64,000 nt of DNA, from the NCBI GenBank assembly GCA_963718995.1, contig CAVRAP010000020.1:36912-100911 (forward strand), in the 5' to 3' direction. A model generated the notes under the pieces. The model did not search any database. It was given only the letters and a program-made list of their open reading frames with translations, and was not told where the DNA came from. Position 1 is the first letter of the stretch; each line of letters begins with the position of its first letter. Below are positions 41,768 to 51,541 of the stretch, one piece after another. Both the position numbers and the translations under genes were made by a program. Origin of the DNA: an uncultured Actinomycetota bacterium (GTDB lineage Bacteria; Actinomycetota; Acidimicrobiia; Spongiisociales; UBA4744).

Positions 41768-42784
41768 ATGTCACGACGCAGCTCGCTCATACGTCGATGG
41801 ACCATCGGTGGCCTCTTCTTCGGATTGCTGTTTCCGGCGGCCGGATGGTTGCTGGCCGGCGGTGGGCTGGCGCTTGGTGCCATCTCCGCTGCCCACGCTG
41901 CGCAACCCGTCCTCTGGATTGTCGACCTCGCTCCGATGGTTCTCGGTATCGCAGGATGGTTGATTGGCAGGGAGTACGCGCATGTTGACGCAGCCCTACG
42001 GGCCACCGACGAAAAGGTCAAACTGCGAACCGCCGAATTGAGCCGGGCAAACGATCAGCTCGAGAGTCTGATGCGTTCCAAGGATCAGTTCGTTGCCACA
42101 GTCAGCCACGAGATTCGCAATCCGCTCACGGTAGTGCTGGGGTTCGCAGACGAGCTGCGGGACGGACTGCAGCGGAAAGGGGACCTGGATTCGGCCGAAC
42201 TAGCCGAACTAGTCGGGGACCAGAGTCGTGAGATCAACAACATCATCGATGACCTGCTGGTTGCCGCTCGGGCCGAACTCGGATCGATGACTGTGGTGCC
42301 GGAAATCATCGACCTGGGCCGTGAGGTTCGCACCGTGGTGCGTGGTTGTGTTTGCGTCAAAGACGTGCGCGACGCGATCGCACTCGACCTGGAAGTGGCC
42401 CCGGTGTGGGCGGATCCGTCGCGAGTCCGCCAGATCATCAGGAACTTGCTCACCAACGCCATTCGGTATGGAGGGGACTCGATCAGCGTCGTGGTCCGAT
42501 CGGAAGAAGACGTTGTGACGGCCTGTGTGTGCGACGACGGCCCGGGGATTCCGGAGGAAGACCGGGCGAATGTCTTCGAGGCATACCGCCAGGGACACAC
42601 CAATACTCCGGTCTCGGGTTCGGTCGGACTCGGGCTCAACGTTTCGCGTGAGTTGGCCAGATTGATGGACGGTGACCTGGTCTATTCCTACGTGGGTGGC
42701 GTCTCAACCTTTGCGCTTACGCTGCCCAGGTCCGAATCTCCCATCGCTGAGGCCCCCCCGGCTTACCGCGCCCTGGTCGTTTAG
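41768..42784 (+). CDS. Sensor histidine kinase (2 TM, HisKA, HATPase_c); no adjacent response regulator
   Basis: H-box ...FVATVSHEIRNPL..., N/G1/G2 boxes ...IRNLLTNAIRYG...DDGPGIP...GSVGLGLNVSREL... Confidence 0.8.
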   Translation: MSRRSSLIRRWTIGGLFFGLLFPAAGWLLAGGGLALGAISAAHAAQPVLWIVDLAPMVLGIAGWLIGREYAHVDAALRATDEKVKLRTAELSRANDQLESLMRSKDQFVATVSHEIRNPLTVVLGFADELRDGLQRKGDLDSAELAELVGDQSREINNIIDDLLVAARAELGSMTVVPEIIDLGREVRTVVRGCVCVKDVRDAIALDLEVAPVWADPSRVRQIIRNLLTNAIRYGGDSISVVVRSEEDVVTACVCDDGPGIPEEDRANVFEAYRQGHTNTPVSGSVGLGLNVSRELARLMDGDLVYSYVGGVSTFALTLPRSESPIAEAPPAYRALVV

Positions 42785-42934
42785 TCGCTTTCTGGTAATA
42801 CCTGGCAGGCAGGTGTTGGCGACCGCCTTACCCGGGGCTATCCTATCCTCGTTCTCTATTCAGGGTTCCACCGCAACCAGCGGTCGGGGACCGCGAGGGA
42901 CCGGAAATCGAACGAAACATGGAGGGTTTGAACT

Positions 42935-44965
42935 GTGAGCACATCACGGAAACTCTCGAAGTGGCGTTGGCTTGCTGTAGTTGCCGTTTTGGCACTAGTA
43001 GCAGCAGCGTGCGCGGAGGGAACCACCGACACAACAGCAGCTGGAGAAACCACCACGACGGCGGCTCCTACTGACGGTGAGACCACCACGACCGCAGCGC
43101 CCACTATCGAGGGATTTACATACAAGATTGGCATTTTTAGCGACCTGACGACCGACAACTTCTGGTCCTATCTGGGGCCGGAGTCAGATGTATACAACGG
43201 GTACGTCCTGGGCAGCAGCCACCCGGCTCTGTTCACGCTGGCCTTTCCCGACATTCTGTTGGTCCCCTCCATGGCAACCGGCGATCCGATCGCGGCTGCC
43301 CAGGACGGAGACGTTTGGGCTGTCGAGCAGCCGATCCGCCAGGGTATCCTGTGGTCGGATGGCGAAGAGGTCACAGCCAACGACCTCGTGTTCACCTACG
43401 ACGTTGTCAAGGAGTTCAGCCTCGGCGGAAACTGGACGTCGTACTTCTCCATGCAGGCCGACGAAGTGCTGGATGATCCGGCTACCGAAGACGTAGACGA
43501 GTCTTCACCGGCCCGCGAGGGTGTCACCAGTGTCACGGCTGTGGACGATTACACCGTGCGTGTCGAGTTCTCCGAGCAGCCCGGTCTGGCTATTTGGAAC
43601 AACGGAGTCGGCTTGTCGCCGTTCATGCCCGAGCACTTCTGGGCCGACAAGGTCGAAGAAGCGCGCGGCAGCGACGATCCGTCGGCGACGTTGTATGCCT
43701 TCAGCGGTGAGGGTGAGCCTTCTGCCGGGTCGATGATCTACTCCGGTCGTGAGCCGGGCGCCTTCGCGCAGAACACCATGAACGCCGGCGACTACTACGC
43801 GGGTACCGAATACACCTTCTATTCCGATGGTTCGTTCCGTCAGAAGAACGACGCCCAGGGATTCGATGAGGTGTACAACGGCTCGGGTGAGGGCGAAGTC
43901 ACGACCCAATGGACCTCCGGGCCCTATGCCAGTGACGTCCTGTATTCGATCTACTCCGACCAGAACGCGGCCATCCTCGCTCTGCGTAACGGTGAGATCG
44001 ACTTCATCCTCAGCTCTCTGGGTCTCCAGGCGGGACTGAAGGACCAGATCACGTCCGCTCCGGACCTGAACCTGATCGCCAATGCGTCGAACGGGTTCCG
44101 TTATCTGGCGTTCAACACACGTAAGTCGCCAATGTCGGAGCAGAGTTTCCGGCGGGCGCTGGCGTGTATGACCGACAAAGAGTTCATGCAGACCCTGTTG
44201 CAGGGTGCGGCCATCCCGGCGTACAGCCTGGTGCCGGCCGGTAACACGTTCTGGGCCAACCCGGACGTCGAGGAGCTCTGCAAGGGCCTGGACGGCGAAG
44301 CGCGCTTCACCGAAGCCTTGAAGATCCTGACCGACGGTGGCTTCACCTACACGGTCGCTCCCGAATGGGATGCGGACAACCAGGAGCTGAAGGACGGCAC
44401 CGGTACGGGTCTCAAAGACCCGAACGGCGCGACCGTTCCTGAGCTGGAGCTGCTGGCTCCCGGACCCGGCTACGACCCGCTCCGGTCGACCTACTCGGTG
44501 TGGATCGCTGAGTGGGCCTCGAACCTGGGCATCCCGGTCAAGGCCAACCCGACCGGATTCTCGGTGATCGTCGACAAGGCGTTTGCACTGGGTGACGAGG
44601 CGCTCAACTGGGATATGTACATCCTCGGTTGGGGTCTCGGCGATCCTTCCCTGCCGACCTTCCACGAGTCGTTCTTCGCCTCGTACCAGGACTCGGCAGA
44701 GGGTGGCTTCAACACCCCCGGCTACGCCAACGATCGGGTCGACGAGCTGGCTGCTGAGCTGCTCGCCGCCACCGATGTTGACACGGCCAATGCCGCAGTG
44801 AAGGAGATGGACCGGATCATCGTCGAGGAAGCCCCCTACGTGGTGCTCTTCCAGACGCCGATCCTCGAGGCCTACCGGACCACCCTGGCGTTCCCGTTCA
44901 CGGATACGTTGGACGGAATCCAGAACCTGGCCGGTCTGCCTGGAGATGTCAAAGCAGTCGACTAG
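42935..44965 (+). CDS. ABC transporter substrate-binding lipoprotein, family 5 (peptide/nickel/oligosaccharide type)
   Basis: Signal peptide plus lipobox ...VAAAC, a Thr-rich linker with tandem GETTTTAAPT repeats, then a large SBP_bac_5 domain. 676 aa. Confidence 0.85.
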   Translation: MSTSRKLSKWRWLAVVAVLALVAAACAEGTTDTTAAGETTTTAAPTDGETTTTAAPTIEGFTYKIGIFSDLTTDNFWSYLGPESDVYNGYVLGSSHPALFTLAFPDILLVPSMATGDPIAAAQDGDVWAVEQPIRQGILWSDGEEVTANDLVFTYDVVKEFSLGGNWTSYFSMQADEVLDDPATEDVDESSPAREGVTSVTAVDDYTVRVEFSEQPGLAIWNNGVGLSPFMPEHFWADKVEEARGSDDPSATLYAFSGEGEPSAGSMIYSGREPGAFAQNTMNAGDYYAGTEYTFYSDGSFRQKNDAQGFDEVYNGSGEGEVTTQWTSGPYASDVLYSIYSDQNAAILALRNGEIDFILSSLGLQAGLKDQITSAPDLNLIANASNGFRYLAFNTRKSPMSEQSFRRALACMTDKEFMQTLLQGAAIPAYSLVPAGNTFWANPDVEELCKGLDGEARFTEALKILTDGGFTYTVAPEWDADNQELKDGTGTGLKDPNGATVPELELLAPGPGYDPLRSTYSVWIAEWASNLGIPVKANPTGFSVIVDKAFALGDEALNWDMYILGWGLGDPSLPTFHESFFASYQDSAEGGFNTPGYANDRVDELAAELLAATDVDTANAAVKEMDRIIVEEAPYVVLFQTPILEAYRTTLAFPFTDTLDGIQNLAGLPGDVKAVD

Positions 44966-44989
44966 GACCGAGCATCGATCTCGATACAG

Positions 44990-45015
44990 ATGGGGAGGGC
45001 TTCGGCCCTCCCCAT
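44990..45015 (+). terminator. Intercistronic hairpin (attenuator/terminator) between the SBP and permease genes
   Basis: ATGGGGAGGGC-TTCG-GCCCTCCCCAT: an 11-bp perfect stem with a UUCG tetraloop. No U-tract, which is usual for high-GC terminators. Confidence 0.45.
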
Positions 45016-45083
45016 CTTGCGCGAACGCGAGGTTCCTTTGCTAACCTGCTCCGACCGACTCCCGGGCAGCCGGAGGGCACCAC

Positions 45084-46247
45084 ATGTTGAAGTACATTGG
45101 CCGGCGGACACTGCAAAACGTGCTGGTGTTCGTTGTCTTCCTTTCGGCCACGTTCTTCTTGCTCCAGGCACAGCCGGGTGACATCAGCCAGCAATTCCTG
45201 GCGAACCCGAAAATCACTCCAGAGGTTCGGGAGCAATTCCGCCAGCAACTCGGCCTGACGGGGTCCGTTTGGTCGCAGTACCTCACCTACATGAAGAACT
45301 TCTTCACGGGCAACCTGGGTATCTCGTTTTCCGAGTACCCCCGCGAAGTCACCTCGATCATCGGTGAGCGGCTTCCCAGAACGCTCGCCCTCTTCCTCTT
45401 TGCCACCCTGATCTCGTTCTGGATGGGATTCAAATCGGGCAAGATCATCGCCTGGCGCCGCGGAACCAAGGTGGAATCGGTCATGACCACTACGGGCGTC
45501 TTCTTTCAGACCGTGTTCTACCCGTGGTTTGCGCTGATGATGATCTGGGCGTTTGCCTTCGGGCTGGGCTGGTTTCCGATCGGCAAATTCCTGACCGTGG
45601 AGACCTGGCTGGGCGCTCCGGACGGTGTCGAAGCCAACGGAGTCTTCAATCGGATGTTGATCACCACGCTGATCGTTGGGTTGGTGCTCGTTGCAGTTGA
45701 GATTTTCGGACGCCGCGCCAAAGATCGCCGGCGAGGCAAGCAGATGATCTGGGCAGGTCGGATTTTGCTTGTCGGGGGTCTGCTGATCTGGTGGACTACC
45801 GCCTGGGGCGAGCAGGTCCCCTACGCGCTCGACATCGGCTGGCACTTGATGCTGCCGACCATCACGCTGGCGCTGATCGGGTATGGGGCCACAATGCTGC
45901 TAACCCGAGCTTCGATGCTGGAGACCCTGCGAGAAGACTTCATCCTCACCGCTCGCGCCAAAGGCGTACCTGAGAAGATCATTCGCGACAAACATGCGGC
46001 GCGCAACGCGCTGCTCCCGGTCACCACCTCGCTGGTGCTCTCTCTGGCTTTCCTGATCGGCGGCGGAGTCGTTACCGAGACGGTCTTCTCGTGGCCGGGG
46101 ATGGGTGCCACGCTGCTGTCGGCTGCGATTCAAGAGGATATCCCGCTCACGATTGGTGCGTTTGCCTTCATCGCAGTGCTGGCGCTGGTTGCTCACCTCA
46201 TCATCGACATCATGTACATGTACCTGGATCCGCGGATCCGGGTGTAG
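45084..46247 (+). CDS. ABC transporter permease (OppB/DppB-like)
   Basis: BPD_transp_1 fold, 6 TM segments, 387 aa. Confidence 0.85.
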   Translation: MLKYIGRRTLQNVLVFVVFLSATFFLLQAQPGDISQQFLANPKITPEVREQFRQQLGLTGSVWSQYLTYMKNFFTGNLGISFSEYPREVTSIIGERLPRTLALFLFATLISFWMGFKSGKIIAWRRGTKVESVMTTTGVFFQTVFYPWFALMMIWAFAFGLGWFPIGKFLTVETWLGAPDGVEANGVFNRMLITTLIVGLVLVAVEIFGRRAKDRRRGKQMIWAGRILLVGGLLIWWTTAWGEQVPYALDIGWHLMLPTITLALIGYGATMLLTRASMLETLREDFILTARAKGVPEKIIRDKHAARNALLPVTTSLVLSLAFLIGGGVVTETVFSWPGMGATLLSAAIQEDIPLTIGAFAFIAVLALVAHLIIDIMYMYLDPRIRV

Positions 46248-46261
46248 GGGAGGAGAGCTCA

Positions 46262-47353
46262 GTGACCGACCGACTGCTCGATCCCGACCCGGAGGTGGCC
46301 CCGGATATCGCCGCGGTTGTCGCACAACCCTTGTGGAGGATTCGGCTCCGCTTGCTCTGGCGGGGGTTTCGAAAAGGATGGTCGAGTTTTGCCGAGAACC
46401 GAATCGGGTTGGTCGGCTTGGCCATCATTGTCCTGTTCGGACTGATGGCCCTCATCCAGCCCATCTTGATCGGGACGGTCTGGGAACCGGCGGTGTACGA
46501 CCCGGTAGTCGGCTATGAAGCCATCGTCACCGAAAAGACGATCGTCCCCGATAACGAGGTCACGGATCCCGCTACACAGGTCGATTTGTTCTCCGCCAGA
46601 CTCATCAACCCGCTGCTCACAGTTGGAGACACACTGGGGGTCGCCGAACAACCGGCTCGGCCGTCTTCGAGGCACTTGCTTGGTACTGATTCGCTTGGTC
46701 GAGACGTACTTTCCCAATTGATGTTCAGCAGCCGGGCAGCCTTCATGTTGGGGATCGTGGCTGCTCTGGTTTCGGTGTTCATTGCCACCACCGTCGGGGC
46801 TGTTTCCGCCTTCTTCGGCGGACCGGTCGACACGGTGTTCATGCGTTTGGCCGACCTGGTCATCCTGGTGCCGTTTCTCCCGATACTGATTGTGCTGAGC
46901 GCGTTGATCGACTTCCAGTTATTCCATCTGGCGTTACTGATCGGGGTACTGGGCGGCTTCGGAGGCACGGCCATCATCCTCAAATCCCAGGCTCTGTCCG
47001 TCTCAGTGAAGCCGTTCATCGACGCCGCCCGGATCGCCGGTGGCGGCCGTATGCACCTCATCTTTCGACACATCATCCCCAACGTGCTGCCGCTCAGCTT
47101 CCTCTTCATGATGTTCGCGGTGACCGATGCCATCGGCGCAGAAGCGACCCTCTCGTTTCTCGGGTTGCTCAACATCGATATGAGCTGGGGCATCATGATC
47201 TACCAGGCTCGGGTACAGGGCTATCTCCTCGACCCGAACTACTGGTGGTTGATCGTTCCCGCCGGGTTGGCGGTCTCGATGCTGGCCGGATCGTTCTTCC
47301 TGGTTGGTCGGGCCATGGACGAAATCATCAATCCACGATTGCGGAGACGGTAG
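46262..47353 (+). CDS. ABC transporter permease (OppC/DppC-like)
   Basis: GTG at 46262 preceded by GGGGAGGAG. N-terminal OppC extension and 6 TM segments. Confidence 0.85.
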   Translation: MTDRLLDPDPEVAPDIAAVVAQPLWRIRLRLLWRGFRKGWSSFAENRIGLVGLAIIVLFGLMALIQPILIGTVWEPAVYDPVVGYEAIVTEKTIVPDNEVTDPATQVDLFSARLINPLLTVGDTLGVAEQPARPSSRHLLGTDSLGRDVLSQLMFSSRAAFMLGIVAALVSVFIATTVGAVSAFFGGPVDTVFMRLADLVILVPFLPILIVLSALIDFQLFHLALLIGVLGGFGGTAIILKSQALSVSVKPFIDAARIAGGGRMHLIFRHIIPNVLPLSFLFMMFAVTDAIGAEATLSFLGLLNIDMSWGIMIYQARVQGYLLDPNYWWLIVPAGLAVSMLAGSFFLVGRAMDEIINPRLRRR

Positions 47354-47359
47354 GAACTT

Positions 47360-48391
47360 ATGACGGCAACGTCTTCTGAGCTGAACAGCGGCGCCGTGAG
47401 CGGTGGACCGGTCCTCGATGTCGACCATCTCGTCATGCACTACCGGACCAAAGCCGGTGATGTATCGGCTGTTGAGGATGTGAGCTTCACGCTGCGACAA
47501 GGCGAAGCCCTCGGGTTGGTCGGCGAGTCGGGGTGCGGGAAGACATCTATCGCGATGACGCTGATCAGGCTGCTGGCCGACAACGCGATCATCAAAGAGG
47601 GTCGGGTCCTGCTCGACGGAGTCGACATTGCGAAGCTCAGCAATGAGGAGATGCGTAAGCACCGTTGGGCCGACATCTCCATGGTGTTCCAGGGGGCCAT
47701 GAACGCCTGGAACCCGGTCTACAAAGTCGGCGACCAAATCATGGAGGCGCTGGAACAGCACTTCCCCGATATGACCGAACCCGAGGGAAGGGCACGAATC
47801 GCGGAGCTATTCGAATTGGTCGGGCTGACTCCCGCCATGATGGACCGGTATCCACATGAGTTCTCGGGTGGCATGCGGCAGCGGGCCATCATCGCCATGG
47901 CGCTTTCGTGCAATCCGAAAGTGATCATCGCCGATGAGCCGACCACCGCACTGGACGTGATTGTGCAGGATCAGATCCTCAAGGAACTGAAGAAGGTGCA
48001 GGCCGACCTCGGGATGTCGATCATCTACATCTCCCACGATGTTGCCGTGATCGCTGAAGTCAGTGATCGAATCGGCGTCATGTACGCAGGCAAGCTGGTC
48101 GAGTTGGGCCCAACCGAAGAAGTATTTCCCCGCCCGCGCCATCCCTACACCTATTTGCTCCTGTCATCGACTCCGAGCGTCAGAGGCCCGCGCCGCAAAC
48201 TCGCTCCCCTCGAGGGCGAACCACCCAACCTGCTCGCCCCTCCGACCGGCTGCCGGTTCCATCCCCGCTGTCCCTTTGCGACCGAGATCTGCTCTCGAGA
48301 AGAGCCGGTCTATCAGGACGCTTCGCCGGGGCATCAGGTGGCCTGCTGGCACTGGGAGGAAGTCCCCGAACTGGGAAGGCTGGAAGCATGA
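47360..48391 (+). CDS. ABC transporter ATP-binding protein (OppD/DppD-like)
   Basis: Walker A GESGCGKT, signature FSGGMRQR, Walker B IIADEPTT, oligopeptide C-terminal domain. Confidence 0.85.
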   Translation: MTATSSELNSGAVSGGPVLDVDHLVMHYRTKAGDVSAVEDVSFTLRQGEALGLVGESGCGKTSIAMTLIRLLADNAIIKEGRVLLDGVDIAKLSNEEMRKHRWADISMVFQGAMNAWNPVYKVGDQIMEALEQHFPDMTEPEGRARIAELFELVGLTPAMMDRYPHEFSGGMRQRAIIAMALSCNPKVIIADEPTTALDVIVQDQILKELKKVQADLGMSIIYISHDVAVIAEVSDRIGVMYAGKLVELGPTEEVFPRPRHPYTYLLLSSTPSVRGPRRKLAPLEGEPPNLLAPPTGCRFHPRCPFATEICSREEPVYQDASPGHQVACWHWEEVPELGRLEA

Positions 48392-49386
48392 CGGAGCCGC
48401 TGGTCAAAGTCCAGAACCTCAAGAAGCTCTACCCCGTACAGCGCGGCCTGTTCCGCAAGCCGACCGACTTCATCCACGCCGTTGATGACATCAGCTTCGA
48501 GATCGCTCCCGGGGAGAGCCTCGGATTGGTGGGAGAGTCGGGATGCGGCAAGACCACGACCGGTCGGATGCTGGTCCGGCTCACCAGCCAGACGGAGGGC
48601 CAGATCCTGTTGCAGGACAATGGTTCGATGATCAGAGTCTCGGAGATCGATCGTGAAGATATGAAGCGTTTCCGGCGGCGGGTGCAGATGATCTTCCAAG
48701 ACCCGTACGAGTCGATGAACCCGCGTCGCACGATCTACGACACGATCTCGGAACCGCTGCAGGTGCAGGGGATCGGGACGGTCTCGGAGCGCGAAGAGCG
48801 GGTAGCCGAGTTGCTGGAGCTGGTCGGGCTTCTCCCGGCGGCGACCTTCATGTTCCGATTCCCCCATGAATTGTCCGGCGGGCAACGACAGAGGGTCGCC
48901 ATCGCCCGGGCGCTGGTCATCGACCCGTCCTTTGTCGTTGCCGATGAGCCGACCTCCATGCTCGATGTGAGCATTCGCATTTCGATCATGGAGCTGATGC
49001 TCAGCCTGGGCAGGGAATTCGACGTCTCTTATCTGTACATCACGCATGATCTCGCCGTGGCTCGCTACATGTGCGACCGCATTGCGGTGATGTACCTCGG
49101 CAAGATCGTGGAGATGGGCCCGACGGAAGAGCTGTTACGAAACCCGCAGCACCCGTACACGCGCGCGCTGTTGTCGGCAGTGCCGGTGCCCGATCCGAGC
49201 TATGTCCGACCGCCCGTCGAGATCGAGGGCGGCATCGGGAAGGCCATCAATCCGCTACCGGAGTGCCGATTCATCGATCGTTGTCCCTGGGTGCAGGACG
49301 TGTGCCGGTCGAGCGATCATCCCACGCTCGAAGACAAAGGGAAGGGCCACTTTGTGGCCTGTTATGTGGTCAAGGAGTCGGTCTGA
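48388..49386 (+). CDS. ABC transporter ATP-binding protein (OppF/DppF-like)
   Basis: Walker A GESGCGKT, signature LSGGQRQR, Walker B VVADEPTS. Confidence 0.85.
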   Translation: MTEPLVKVQNLKKLYPVQRGLFRKPTDFIHAVDDISFEIAPGESLGLVGESGCGKTTTGRMLVRLTSQTEGQILLQDNGSMIRVSEIDREDMKRFRRRVQMIFQDPYESMNPRRTIYDTISEPLQVQGIGTVSEREERVAELLELVGLLPAATFMFRFPHELSGGQRQRVAIARALVIDPSFVVADEPTSMLDVSIRISIMELMLSLGREFDVSYLYITHDLAVARYMCDRIAVMYLGKIVEMGPTEELLRNPQHPYTRALLSAVPVPDPSYVRPPVEIEGGIGKAINPLPECRFIDRCPWVQDVCRSSDHPTLEDKGKGHFVACYVVKESV

Positions 49387-49943
49387 CCGCGGACGCCGGC
49401 CCTTTCACAATCCCCAATCTGATCTCCCTCATTCGACTGGGAGGGATTGGGGTCTTCTGGTGGCTGCTCTTCGGGCGCGACGACCCGGTGGCGGCCGGCA
49501 TCCTGATACTGGTGATCGGTTGGACCGACTGGCTCGACGGTGTACTGGCACGAAAGCTGAACCAGGTTTCCGAGATCGGCAAGTTCCTGGATCCACTCGC
49601 CGACCGGCTCGCCATCGCCGCGGCCCTCATCGGCGGGATGATTGCCGACGTTGTGCCACTCTCCCTCGGGCTGGCGCTGGTCGTCAGGGAGGTCGCAGTG
49701 GCGCTGGGTGCTTTGATCCTGGGAGTGCGGCTCAAGGACAAGCTCGACGTTCGCTACATGGGCAAGGTCGCCACATTCATCTTGTACGGCGCCATCCCGT
49801 CGTTCTATCTTGCGGCGGGTGATGTGATCGGAGACCTGTTCCTTTATCTGGGGTGGTTCTTTGGTGTCATCGGGTTGATCCTCTACTACTGGGTGGCGTT
49901 TCAGTACTCGATCGATATCCGTGACAAGTTGCGTCACAGGTGA
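49383..49943 (+). CDS. pgsA: CDP-alcohol phosphatidyltransferase (PgsA-like); start codon uncertain
   Basis: ...DWLDGVLARKLNQVSEIGKFLDPLADR... is the CDP-OH phosphatidyltransferase motif. The conserved IPNLISLIR helix begins right after the oppF stop. There is no canonical start between the in-frame GTG at 49302 and that helix, so the start is either CTG at 49383, GTG at 49302, or obscured by an indel. Confidence 0.7.
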   Translation: MTADAGPFTIPNLISLIRLGGIGVFWWLLFGRDDPVAAGILILVIGWTDWLDGVLARKLNQVSEIGKFLDPLADRLAIAAALIGGMIADVVPLSLGLALVVREVAVALGALILGVRLKDKLDVRYMGKVATFILYGAIPSFYLAAGDVIGDLFLYLGWFFGVIGLILYYWVAFQYSIDIRDKLRHR

Positions 49944-49992
49944 CCGGCCGCGCCGGTAATCTTGGTGGCCACACGAGAGAGGATGTGTTCGG

Positions 49993-50373
49993 ATGAACGT
50001 GCCCGACGACAGGCGATACACCGAAGAGCACGAGTGGGTGATGGTCGGCGAGGGTGGCAAGGTGCGGATGGGAATTTCGGAATATGCCCAGGATGCGCTC
50101 GGCGACGTGGTCTATATCGAACTCCCCGCCGTTGGGAAGACCGTAGCCAAGGGAGACGCCATCGCCGAGGTCGAATCAACCAAGTCGGTGGCCGACGTAT
50201 ACGCCCCGGTGGCCGGAGAAGTGTCAGCCGTCAACGATGCTTTATCTGCCGAGCCGGAGCTGGTTAACAGCGATCCGTACGGCGAGGGATGGTTTGTAGA
50301 CATAGCGGTTAGTGATTCCGCCGGCCTGGATAGCCTTCTCTCTCCCGACGCTTATCGCACCCTGATCGGGTAA
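49993..50373 (+). CDS. gcvH: Glycine cleavage system H protein
   Basis: Lipoyl-lysine motif ...EVESTKSVADVYAP... Confidence 0.9.
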   Translation: MNVPDDRRYTEEHEWVMVGEGGKVRMGISEYAQDALGDVVYIELPAVGKTVAKGDAIAEVESTKSVADVYAPVAGEVSAVNDALSAEPELVNSDPYGEGWFVDIAVSDSAGLDSLLSPDAYRTLIG

Positions 50374-50393
50374 CGAGGCTGAAGCCCATTACG

Positions 50394-50861
50394 ATGACGC
50401 ATATGAAATGCCCAAACTGTCACGCGGAGATCGACGAGCAGGTTGTTGCGTGTCCTTCCTGTGGAGTGGCGACGGAACACGAAGCGACTATCACCTTCGT
50501 CCCGATCTCGCCCCTCGCCCATCCAGCCCTGAGCCCGGATGAAGCTGCCCACGTGCCGGGCGTGGTCGGTTACGCGCTGGTTGTCGAGCGAGGGCCCCGG
50601 GCGGGCATGACCTGGGTGGTCAAGGAAGGCGCAACCACGGTCGGAAGACATCCCGACAGTGACATCTTTCTGGACGACATCACAGTTTCCCGTCACCACT
50701 GTCGGTTCCGCAGCGAGGGTGACGTGTTCACTGTGGAAGACTCCGGTTCAACGAACGGGACGTACGTCAACGGCGAGAGGGTAGATCAGAGTGCTTTGCA
50801 GCCGGGTGACGAAGTCATCATCGGCAAGTTTCACCTGATCGTGGCACTCGGTGATGAGTGA
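50394..50861 (+). CDS. FHA-domain protein with N-terminal zinc ribbon (GarA-like position)
   Basis: CPNC...CPSC, then an FHA domain (...GRHPDSDIFLDDITVSRHHCRF...GSTNGTYVNGERV...). gcvH-FHA-MerR order as in mycobacteria. Confidence 0.8.
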   Translation: MTHMKCPNCHAEIDEQVVACPSCGVATEHEATITFVPISPLAHPALSPDEAAHVPGVVGYALVVERGPRAGMTWVVKEGATTVGRHPDSDIFLDDITVSRHHCRFRSEGDVFTVEDSGSTNGTYVNGERVDQSALQPGDEVIIGKFHLIVALGDE

Positions 50862-51541
50862 CGGCATTTCCATCGGCGAGGTGATCAACCTTCTCAAAGA
50901 CGAGTTCCCCGATGTGAGCGTCTCGAAGGTGAGGTTCCTCGAAAGCCAGGGGTTGGTCGACCCGCACCGCAGTCCATCCGGCTACCGGCAGTTCTTCGAG
51001 GAGGACCTCAAGCGCCTGCGATTCATCCTGCAACAGCAGCGAGACCATTTTCTGCCACTCAAGGTGATCAAGTCAAAGCTGACCATGTGGGAGCACGGTG
51101 AGGAAAACGTCATGCCGGCCCCATCGGGACCCCCTCCGGAGAAGCTCTTTGCACCATCGAAAGCGCCCCTCGGGCTCGATGAGCTGGCTCGCGCCAGCGG
51201 CCTCTCTCGCCGCCAGGTTGGCGAGTTGATCGACCACGGCATCCTTCGACCCGATGACGAAGAAGGCGACCAGATCTTCAGCCAGGAAGAGCTGGCCGTA
51301 GCGCCGCGAAGCACAACGCCTTTTGGCCTACGGCTTCGAGGCCCGGCATCTGCGGTCGGTGCGTATATCCACGGAACGCGATTCGGCGCTCCTCGAGCAG
51401 CTCACGACGCCCCTCCTTCGCAATCGGAGCCCCGAGGCACGTCACCGGGCCGGTGAGATCCTCGCCGGGTGTGCCGACGCAATCGGGAAGATGAGGGTTG
51501 CGATCCTCACCGAGGAGCTGCGCCGGCTACTGGAGTCCTAG
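50851..51541 (+). pseudogene. MerR-family regulator (mycobacterial Rv1828-like), +1 frameshift near 51300
   Basis: N-terminal MerR HTH (ISIGEVINLLKDEFPDVSVSKVRFLESQGLV). The C-terminal part continues in ORF 51323..51541 (LLAYGFEARHLRSVRIS...). Removing a51300 restores ...ELAVRREAQRLLAYGF... Confidence 0.7.
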
